From NCBI GenBank assembly GCA_937984275.1, contig CALJYC010000099.1:1-47319 (forward strand): 47,319 nt of DNA, written 5' to 3'. A program made the translations under genes and the position numbers. Below the pieces are notes generated by a model, which worked only from the letters and a program-made list of their open reading frames with translations, was not told where the DNA came from and ran no database searches. This document shows positions 34,247-42,238 of the stretch, piece by piece (positions within the stretch are counted from its first letter, which is position 1; every line of letters starts with the position of its first letter). This DNA is from an uncultured bacterium. Lineage in GTDB: Bacteria; Myxococcota_A; Polyangia; Polyangiales; Houyiibacteriaceae.

Positions 34247-35680
34247 ATGAAACGGTACTTCGTCCAAACCTTCGGCTGCCAGATGAACGTTCACGACTCG
34301 CGTCGGATCGAAGAGGTCCTGCGGGCCAGCGGTTTCCGTGAGGCGAGCGAGCCGGCGCTGGCCGATCTCCTGGTCGTCAACACCTGCAGCGTGCGCGAGA
34401 AGGCGGAGCACACGTTGATGAGCCTTCTCGGGACGTTTCGGCCCTTCAAAGAGGCCCAGCGAGGCACCGTGCTGGCAGTCGCGGGGTGCGTTGCCCAGCA
34501 AGAGGGCGAGCGTCTGCTCCGCAAAGCGCCGTTCGTGGACATCGTGCTCGGGCCGGACAACATTTCCGAGCTTCCGGCCCTGATCCGGGAGGTCGAGCAG
34601 GGCGCCCCGCCGATCACGCGGACGGTGTTCGACATGGACGACCCGCAATTCCTTCGCGCCAAGCCGCACGCAGATCGCAGGGAGGTCACGGCGTACGTCA
34701 CGGTGATGAAGGGCTGCGACGAGCGGTGCACGTTTTGTATCGTTCCCTATACACGTGGCTCCGAGCGGTACCGCTTGGCTGACGAGATCGTGGGGGAGAT
34801 TCGAGACCTGGTCGCCGGGGGGGTTCGCGAGATCACCCTGCTTGGGCAGACCGTCAACTCGTGGCACGAGCCGGGCGCGGATGCCGAGGCGAGCAAATCC
34901 GAGTCCAGGATGGCCGCGTCCACCTCTCGGTTCGCAGGGCTGCTCCGTCGAATAGCTGAGGAGGTCCCCGACCTTCAGCGACTCCGCTATACCTCACCGC
35001 ACCCGCGTCACATCACCCCCGAGCTGGTGGCCGCACATGCCGAGCTCGAGGTGCTTCCGGCGCACGTTCATTTGCCGGTACAGTCGGGTTCGGATCGTGT
35101 GCTGCGACGCATGGCGCGCCATTACACCGCTGAAGATTACATCGCACGCACCGACGCGCTGAAGCGGTCGAAGCCCGGGCTGACGCTTTCCGCAGACTTC
35201 ATCGTCGGCTTCCCCGGCGAGACCGAAGAGGACTTCGAGCAAACCCTCCAGCTCGTGCGGCGGGTCGGGTTCGTTGCCGCGTTTGCTTTCAAGTACTCAC
35301 CGCGGCCGTACACCCCGGCGCTCAAGCTCGGCGACGAAGTCTCCGAAGAAGTGAAGGACGAGCGCTTGGCCCGCCTGTTCGCCGCGGTCGCGACGCAGCA
35401 GCAAGGGCACTTGCAGTCCTTGGTCGGCCAAGAGTTACACGTTCTGGTCGAAGGGCCGTCGCCCGGCGACACCGGTCGATTCGCGGGCCGCAGCGAGCGG
35501 AACGAAATCGTTCATCTCATCGCGCCCGAAGGCCACGACCCGACAGGCGAGCTCGTGTCGGTCACGATTGACGATGCCTATCGCCACAGCCTCGCCGGCT
35601 ACATGAACGGCGCCGGCGGGGTACGTGAGCGCGGCCGACGCACGCGCTTGTCGCTGATCGATGCAGGAGGCGCGAGCTGA
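34247..35680 (+). CDS. miaB: tRNA-2-methylthio-N6-dimethylallyladenosine synthase
   Basis: The start at ATG 34247 gives MKRYFVQTFGCQMNVHDS (UPF0004 domain), the radical-SAM motif CDERCTFCIVP and a C-terminal TRAM domain. The track ORF start at 33476 is an antisense-to-tamA extension. Confidence 0.93.
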   Translation: MKRYFVQTFGCQMNVHDSRRIEEVLRASGFREASEPALADLLVVNTCSVREKAEHTLMSLLGTFRPFKEAQRGTVLAVAGCVAQQEGERLLRKAPFVDIVLGPDNISELPALIREVEQGAPPITRTVFDMDDPQFLRAKPHADRREVTAYVTVMKGCDERCTFCIVPYTRGSERYRLADEIVGEIRDLVAGGVREITLLGQTVNSWHEPGADAEASKSESRMAASTSRFAGLLRRIAEEVPDLQRLRYTSPHPRHITPELVAAHAELEVLPAHVHLPVQSGSDRVLRRMARHYTAEDYIARTDALKRSKPGLTLSADFIVGFPGETEEDFEQTLQLVRRVGFVAAFAFKYSPRPYTPALKLGDEVSEEVKDERLARLFAAVATQQQGHLQSLVGQELHVLVEGPSPGDTGRFAGRSERNEIVHLIAPEGHDPTGELVSVTIDDAYRHSLAGYMNGAGGVRERGRRTRLSLIDAGGAS

Positions 35681-35703
35681 GTACCGACACGTGGTGGGAG
35701 GGG

Positions 35704-36066
35704 GTGCGTCCCTGGCGCTTCGCGCTCTTGTACATGGGGCTCATCTTCGTGATCTCTTCATTCGAGGTGGAGGTCCCGGGCATCCAGCACGTCCCGCTGC
35801 GCGACAAGGGCATCCATTTCGTCGAGTACGCGGTGCTCGGTTGGCTCTGCGCCGCGGCTTCCTCCCGCACGTGGCCTTCGGCTTCATCGTGGCGAACTGC
35901 GGTCTTCGCGGTTTTCGTTTCGGTCCTTTGGGGCCTCTCCGATGAGATTCACCAAGCGCTCGTCCCTGGGCGATCTCCCGAGCTCGCTGACGTCATTGCC
36001 GACCTCGTTGGCAGCACGGCGGGTGCTGCCGGTCGACATCTGCTTTCGAACAGAAATGTGAGCTGA
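35704..36066 (+). CDS. VanZ-like family membrane protein
   Basis: 120 aa with small TM segments and the characteristic DEIHQALVPGRSPELADVIADLVG motif. Confidence 0.7.
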   Translation: MRPWRFALLYMGLIFVISSFEVEVPGIQHVPLRDKGIHFVEYAVLGWLCAAASSRTWPSASSWRTAVFAVFVSVLWGLSDEIHQALVPGRSPELADVIADLVGSTAGAAGRHLLSNRNVS

Positions 36067-36102
36067 TGCACCGGAAAGTTCACCTCAGAGGGCTAGGTCC
36101 CA

Positions 36103-36131
36103 TTGACGATTCCAGTCTCAGTACCTAGTTT
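36103..36131 (+). promoter_or_regulatory. Orphan sigma-70-type promoter in a low-GC patch
   Basis: TTGACG (36103-36108), an exact 17-nt spacer, then TAGTTT (36126-36131; the T1, A2 and T6 positions are conserved). The next plus-strand start codon is about 330 nt downstream. Confidence 0.4.
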
Positions 36132-36136
36132 TTAAG

Positions 36137-36266
36137 CCATGAGGACGTAGGCGTTCTCCTAGCAACAAAACAAAAACTTCACCGGCGGAACCCCCCCATA
36201 AGTCCGCCGGTCATCCCCCGCCCGGTCGTGTCTCCCCCCCTCCAAACGACCGGGCGACCCTTATTT
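36137..36266 (+). ncRNA. Candidate small RNA or leader: three hairpins, two with C7 loops
   Basis: HP0 is 36141-36158 (6 bp). An A-rich linker CAACAAAACAAAAAC follows. HP1 is ACCGGCGGA/TCCGCCGGT (36181-36189 / 36203-36211) with loop aCCCCCCCataag. HP2 is CCCGGTCGT/ACGACCGGG (36221-36229 / 36246-36254) with loop gtctCCCCCCCTCCaa. A TTATTT tail follows 6 nt later. The ends are inferred, not observed. Confidence 0.3.
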
Positions 36267-36268
36267 AA

Positions 36269-36415
36269 CGACGCTGTCCGTCTCGAAGCCGGAGCACGTG
36301 GCAGCGCGAGCTGGTCGATGGCGACGGAATCGTCGTCAGCCCGACCGCAGGCAAGCACGGGCTCTACATGTTCATTCGCGGAAACTGGTGCCCCTTGTGC
36401 ATGCCGCAGCCCTGA
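36269..36415 (+). pseudogene. Remnant of a thioredoxin-fold redoxin/peroxiredoxin (AhpC/TSA-like) gene, truncated just after the active-site CxxC
   Basis: This frame has no start codon and translates as ...WQRELVDGDGIVVSPTAGKHGLYMFIRGNWCPLCMPQP*. It matches the family pattern (x-L-x-D-x-x-G-x-x-V ... K-x-x-(V/L)-(L/Y)-x-F-(Y/I)-R-G-x-W-C-P-x-C-x-x-Q), then stops at 36413-36415. There is a TAA at 36266-36268 upstream. Confidence 0.35.
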
Positions 36416-36469
36416 AAAAGCAGCCCCTTGGCCTGGACGCGCCCAGGGCGCACTCCTACATTTCGCGCC

Positions 36470-37519
36470 ATGAGTTTCACTGGAGGCTACCCCCGGTTGC
36501 TGGGTTTGGTGCTGTCTGCACTGTTCGTGGTGAGCTGCGCCAGCTCGCAACAACCCGGCGCGCGAGAGCCGAAGACCACCGCCGAGGCCGAGGCCTTCGT
36601 CGACCCGCTTCCGTCGTGGAACGACACGGCGACCAAAGTGCAGATTCTCGAGTTCGTTCGCGCGGTGAGCGACCCAGACGATCCCGCTTTTGTGGAGCCC
36701 ACGAAACGGGTGGCGACGTTCGACAACGACGGGACGCTATGGGTTGAGCAGCCGGTGTACGCCGAGATGGCCTTCGCGCTTCACCGGGTCAGAGACCTTG
36801 CAAAGGTTCACCCCGAGTGGGCGACCAAGGAACCCTTCAAGGCGGTCATCGAGGGCGACAGGGAAGCGCTCGTTGCGGCGGGTTCGCGCGGCCTGGTCGA
36901 AATCGTCCTCGCTTCGCACACCGGTATGAGCGCCACCCTGTTCGACACGATCGCGACCGAATGGGTGCGCGACGCCCGCCATCCGAAATTCGAGGAGCCC
37001 TACACCGAGCTTGCGTATCAACCGCAGCTCGAGCTCCTGCGATATCTCGAGGCGAACGGCTTCAAGACCTTCATCGTTTCCGGTGGCAGCGTCGAGTTCA
37101 TGCGTACCTATGCCGAGCAGGTTTACGGCATCCCACCCGAGCGAGTCGTTGGCTCTTCGATAGAAACCCGATACGAGGTGCAAGGGGGTAAGCCATCCCT
37201 GCTGCGTCTGCCGCAAATCGACTTCGTCGACGACAAGGTTGGTAAGCCGGTTGGCATCCACAAGCACGTTGGCCTTCGGCCGATCCTGGCTTTCGGCAAT
37301 TCGGACGGCGACCTCGAGATGCTGCAATGGACTACTGTCGGCAGCGGTGGCGTGCGGCTCGGGCTCGTCCTGCATCATGACGATGCGGAGCGCGAATACG
37401 CCTACGACCGCGAAAGCAAAGTAGGCACGCTCGACAAAGCGCTCGATCTAGCGGGCCAGTCGGGGTGGGTCGTCGTCTCGATGAAGAACGACTGGAACAC
37501 AGTTTTCACGGAAAAGTAA
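36470..37519 (+). CDS. HAD-superfamily hydrolase (subfamily IB-like phosphatase), lipoprotein
   Basis: The start at ATG 36470 gives MSFTGGYPRLLGLVLSALFVVSCASS (lipobox). HAD motif I is FDNDGTLW, motif II IVSGG, and motif IV GNSDGDLEML. Confidence 0.75.
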   Translation: MSFTGGYPRLLGLVLSALFVVSCASSQQPGAREPKTTAEAEAFVDPLPSWNDTATKVQILEFVRAVSDPDDPAFVEPTKRVATFDNDGTLWVEQPVYAEMAFALHRVRDLAKVHPEWATKEPFKAVIEGDREALVAAGSRGLVEIVLASHTGMSATLFDTIATEWVRDARHPKFEEPYTELAYQPQLELLRYLEANGFKTFIVSGGSVEFMRTYAEQVYGIPPERVVGSSIETRYEVQGGKPSLLRLPQIDFVDDKVGKPVGIHKHVGLRPILAFGNSDGDLEMLQWTTVGSGGVRLGLVLHHDDAEREYAYDRESKVGTLDKALDLAGQSGWVVVSMKNDWNTVFTEK

Positions 37520-37527
37520 GGGGTTCC

Positions 37528-38469
37528 ATGATTAGGCATTCAATGATGCGCGGGCTGGCGCTCGCGTGTGCGCTGCTGGCGCTCACCAGCTGCAAGAAGT
37601 CCAACACGGCAGCGGACGCCGACTCGCAGGACGGCAACGGGATTCGACTGCTCGACAAGGGGCAGAGGCCGCGCGCGGCGCTCCGCTACAACATTCCCGC
37701 AGGGACGACGACCAGCTCGACGACGACGTTTCGGGTGGCGACCCTCGCCACCAGCGGTGACACCGCGGCACTCAGCGTCTTGCCAGGTCTTCGCCTCGAC
37801 ATCGTGTCCGGGCCCGCAGAGCTGACCGATCGCGGCGTGAAGTTCCCAGTCGACGTCGTGAAGTCCGAAGCGCTCGTACCCGAAGACTTCGACGAGAAAA
37901 TGGCCGAGCTCCTCAGAAGCAGCGCGGCCATCGTCGATGAGGTCGGCGGTTGGGTCGAGGTCGACGACCGCGGGCGGCTGCTTGCGGGCGAGCTCAACGA
38001 GCGAACCAAGCGTTCCGACGTTCCCGTCCGGCTGCTTCGGATGATCGTCAACACGCGCCAGACGCTCACGCGTGTCCTGCTTCCCGCTGAGCCCGTTGGC
38101 CTGGGCGCGCGCTGGGAGTCACGCCAGGAGATCAAAGCCTACGGGTTTACCGTCCAGCAGGTAAACACCTACACGCTGGTTGACCGCGCAGGCGCTGAGG
38201 CCATGCTCAACGTCACGGTGCAGCAGTTGGCCCTTCCGCAGAGCATCGATTTCCCCGAAGAGGGCATCGAGATCTCGGTGGAGTCGATGACCGGTCAGGC
38301 TAACGGCCAGATCATCCTCAAGCTCGACGCGCTCGAGTCGGACGCTTCAGCCACCGGCGCCGGAGAGGACCGAATCATCGTCAAGACGGCCCAAGGCACC
38401 GAAACCGTCAACGTCCAAGACGAGTTCGAGATACAAGTCGCCAACACCTCAGCCCTCCCAGGCGACTAA
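37528..38469 (+). CDS. Hypothetical lipoprotein
   Basis: The start at ATG 37528 gives MIRHSMMRGLALACALLALTSCKK (lipobox). The body is beta-rich with no recognised family. It lies 8 nt after the HAD gene. Confidence 0.6.
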   Translation: MIRHSMMRGLALACALLALTSCKKSNTAADADSQDGNGIRLLDKGQRPRAALRYNIPAGTTTSSTTTFRVATLATSGDTAALSVLPGLRLDIVSGPAELTDRGVKFPVDVVKSEALVPEDFDEKMAELLRSSAAIVDEVGGWVEVDDRGRLLAGELNERTKRSDVPVRLLRMIVNTRQTLTRVLLPAEPVGLGARWESRQEIKAYGFTVQQVNTYTLVDRAGAEAMLNVTVQQLALPQSIDFPEEGIEISVESMTGQANGQIILKLDALESDASATGAGEDRIIVKTAQGTETVNVQDEFEIQVANTSALPGD

Positions 38470-38537
38470 CCCGAAAAAGGGGTCAGACCCCTTTTCAAAA
38501 GGGTTAACCCATAAGAAAAGGGGTCTGACCCCTTTTT
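38468..38537. repeat. Composite palindromic repeat, copy 1; probable bidirectional terminator between convergent genes
   Basis: TAACCC-g-AAAAAGGGGTCAGACCCCTTTT-CAAAA-GGGTTAACCC-ATAAG-AAAAGGGGTCTGACCCCTTTTT. It contains two 10-bp-stem hairpins (38475-38495 and 38516-38536) around the palindrome GGGTTAACCC (38501-38510). It fills the whole gap between the lipoprotein stop (38469) and the lepA stop (38539). Confidence 0.8.
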
Positions 38538-38538
38538 C

Positions 38539-40335
<1,797 letters not shown>

Positions 40336-40383
40336 AGTGCGACCTGTCTAGCCTCGCACCAGGCCTACAGCAACACGCCGTCG

Positions 40384-40578
40384 CTAACCCTTTTTTGCGG
40401 GCGTGGCGTCGAGCGTCATCTGGCCGGGAAGCTCATCCTGATGACGGTCCAAAACGAGATCGATGCCTTCGCGGATGTACACCGCCACGGGCACTTTCGT
40501 GCGCTCATGCAGCAGCTTGAGTCGCTCGTTTTGTTCGGGCGTGATGTAGACCGTCGTCGAGATCTTCTTACGTGCCAT
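40384..40578 (-). CDS. Small ribbon-helix-helix (CopG/Arc/MetJ-type) DNA-binding protein
   Basis: 64 aa: MARKKISTTVYITPEQNERLKLLHERTKVPVAVYIREGIDLVL. The pattern is a basic N-terminal beta-strand followed by two helices. A GAGG lies 5 nt before the ATG. The gene sits 48 nt upstream of lepA on the same strand. Confidence 0.65.
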   Translation of the reverse strand: MARKKISTTVYITPEQNERLKLLHERTKVPVAVYIREGIDLVLDRHQDELPGQMTLDATPAKKG

Positions 40579-40599
40579 TCCGACCTCAGCAGTGGCATG

Positions 40600-40628
40600 A
40601 AGCTACATGGCACCATATATATTGTCAA
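40600..40628 (-). promoter_or_regulatory. Sigma-70-type promoter for the RHH gene (and probably lepA)
   Basis: The minus strand reads TTGACA (40628-40623), a 17-nt AT-rich spacer (ATATATATGGTGCCATG), then TAGCTT (40605-40600), about 20 nt upstream of the RHH ATG. Confidence 0.45.
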
Positions 40629-40666
40629 TCCGAACAGCCACGGACTTGCGCGGACCGGGGGATCGA

Positions 40667-40682
40667 CCTTATTGTTATAAGG
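40667..40682 (+). promoter_or_regulatory. Palindrome CCTTAT-TGTT-ATAAGG overlapping an extended -10 (TGtTATAAG); candidate operator and promoter for the lipoprotein pair
   Basis: 6-bp arms lie at 40667-40672 and 40677-40682. TG-n-TATAAG is at 40673-40681. GACCTTA is repeated directly at 40665-40671 and 40698-40704. The local GC dip is visible by eye. Confidence 0.35.
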
Positions 40683-40707
40683 ATCCGGTTCTCGGGGGAC
40701 CTTAAAA

Positions 40708-41406
40708 GTGACCGCAAACATGAGCAATTTCGCGCATGCGGCGGTTGGGCTTGCCATTGTGGCATGCCTGCCGTCGGTGGCTTGTCATCAGAGCCCGTCG
40801 AGCACGCTGCCACGCGGTTCGATGGCTGAGGCTGCCGAGTGCAAAGGGAATCAGGTCACAGCAACGGATGTCAACGAAGACGGACGTGTCGATATTGAAC
40901 ACGTTGGGCGCGGCGGCCGTCGCTACTGCACGAAAGCCGATATGAACTTTGACGGCAAAATCGATGTGGAACGGTTCTATGACGGGGATGGGGAGCAGGT
41001 CGCGCAGGAGCGGCACGACTTCGACTTCGACGGGCGGCTCGACCAACTGTCCTTCTATGAAGGTGGCCAGCTCGTTCGCAAAGAGCTCGACACCAATTTC
41101 GATAACACGATTGATACGTGGCTGTGGTGCGACAACGGCTGGGTCGTCCGGTCCGAGCGGGACCGGGAGCGAGACGGCAAGGCCGACGTTTGGGAGGTCT
41201 ATGTGCAAGGCCTGATCACCGAGGCGCAGTACGACGACGACAACGACGGCCGCATAGAGAAGTGGGATTCGTTTCGGAGCGGCAAGCTCGTGCTGACGCA
41301 ATATGACGACAACGGGGATGGTGAACCGGATCGCAGCCATGACATGCCGCTGCAGAGTATGGGCCCCGCCGACGACGCGCTTCGATGTGAGGGGGGCCAG
41401 CGATGA
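40708..41406 (+). CDS. Lipoprotein with ~7 DxDxDG (EF-hand/dockerin-like) putative Ca-binding repeats, paralogue A
   Basis: Lipobox LAIVAC. Repeats are DVNEDGRVD, DMNFDGKID, DFDFDGRLD, DTNFDNTID, DRERDGKAD, DDDNDGRIE and DDNGDGEPD, each followed about 5 residues later by an aromatic. The start is GTG 40708 or ATG 40720. Confidence 0.65.
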   Translation: MTANMSNFAHAAVGLAIVACLPSVACHQSPSSTLPRGSMAEAAECKGNQVTATDVNEDGRVDIEHVGRGGRRYCTKADMNFDGKIDVERFYDGDGEQVAQERHDFDFDGRLDQLSFYEGGQLVRKELDTNFDNTIDTWLWCDNGWVVRSERDRERDGKADVWEVYVQGLITEAQYDDDNDGRIEKWDSFRSGKLVLTQYDDNGDGEPDRSHDMPLQSMGPADDALRCEGGQR

Positions 41407-42086
41407 AAACCTTAGTGCTTTGTCTATTGAGCGTTGTTGTCGTGGGCTGCGGCTCGAAGGACCCGAAGCCGGTCACCAGTCCTGGCGCCGAGCAGAGCGA
41501 ATCAACCAGTGGCGGCGAAGTCGCCGACGGTGGGCGCTGTGTCCCGAACGGCGCCGGCTACGAAGTCACCGAATACGACACCTCCGGCGACAACACGCCG
41601 GACGTGCGAAAGCTCTTTAGAACCATGGGCGAGGGGAGCCTTGCGCGCCTGGTTTTGGTCTGCCGAGAGGCCGACCTCAACGCTGACGGCCGCAAAGACA
41701 TCGTGCGGCTCTACACCGCAGAGGGTAGGCCGATGCGCGAGGAGGCCGACCGTGATTTTGACGGCCGAATCGACGAGGTCACCCACTTCACCGACGGCCG
41801 GGTCAGACTTCAGGAGATCGACACCAGTGGCAACGGGATGATCGATACCAAGATCTACTACGAAAACGGCCAGCCCGAGCGCGCCGAGCGCGACATGGGC
41901 AACCGGAGCACAGCAGACACGTGGCAGCCGGATCGCTGGGAATACTACGCCGACGGCCGCACCGTCCGCATCGGTACCGACATCAATGGCGACGGCAAGG
42001 TCGACCGCTGGGACCGTGACGAAGAACGCCTCCGCAACTCCGCCCTAGCAAACCAGCGGTCAGCCGACGAAACGGCGAGCCAATAG
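41403..42086 (+). CDS. Lipoprotein with DxDxDG putative Ca-binding repeats, paralogue B
   Basis: Lipobox VVVGCGS. Repeats are DTSGDNTPD, DLNADGRKD, DRDFDGRID, DTSGNGMID and DINGDGKVD. It aligns with paralogue A (C-x-x-AD-(M/L)-N-x-DG-(K/R)-x-D ... D-x-DFDGR-(I/L)-D). Its ATG overlaps A's stop (ATGA). Confidence 0.7.
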   Translation: MKTLVLCLLSVVVVGCGSKDPKPVTSPGAEQSESTSGGEVADGGRCVPNGAGYEVTEYDTSGDNTPDVRKLFRTMGEGSLARLVLVCREADLNADGRKDIVRLYTAEGRPMREEADRDFDGRIDEVTHFTDGRVRLQEIDTSGNGMIDTKIYYENGQPERAERDMGNRSTADTWQPDRWEYYADGRTVRIGTDINGDGKVDRWDRDEERLRNSALANQRSADETASQ

Positions 42087-42091
42087 GGATC

Positions 42092-42111
42092 AGGGGGACT
42101 GTCCCCTTTTT
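42092..42111 (+). terminator. Rho-independent terminator after lipoprotein B
   Basis: AGGGGGA ctg TCCCCTT forms a 5-7 bp stem with a 3-nt loop, followed by a T-run (42107-42111). It lies 6 nt after the TAG stop. Confidence 0.6.
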
Positions 42112-42146
42112 CGGCTTCCACAACGCCGCACGTTCGCATCTACAAT

Positions 42147-42220
42147 TAACCCTGAGAAAAAGGGGTCTGACCCCTTTTCAAAAGGGTTAACCCTTAAAAA
42201 AAGGGGTCTGACCCCTTTTC
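42147..42220. repeat. Composite palindromic repeat, copy 2
   Basis: TAACCC-tgag-AAAAAGGGGTCTGACCCCTTTT-CAAAA-GGGTTAACCC-TTAAA-AAAAGGGGTCTGACCCCTTTTC. The hairpins are at 42158-42178 and 42199-42219, and the central palindrome at 42184-42193. By eye it is about 90 percent identical to copy 1, in the same orientation. Confidence 0.8.
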
Positions 42221-42238
42221 GGGCGCTAGGGTCCGGCG

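Noticed and set aside
36190-36240. Minus-strand G-tracts (G7, G5, G7 plus GGG) as a possible G-quadruplex
   Set aside because: The intervening loops would be 10-17 nt. The same bases are already accounted for as loops of two strong Watson-Crick hairpins. No independent support.
40593-40608. TGGCAT-N5-TACAT resembling a sigma-54 -24/-12 element
   Set aside because: The -12 TGC core is not present (TAC instead). Its orientation would drive transcription antisense into nothing. The bases are better explained as the spacer and -10 of the minus-strand sigma-70 promoter.
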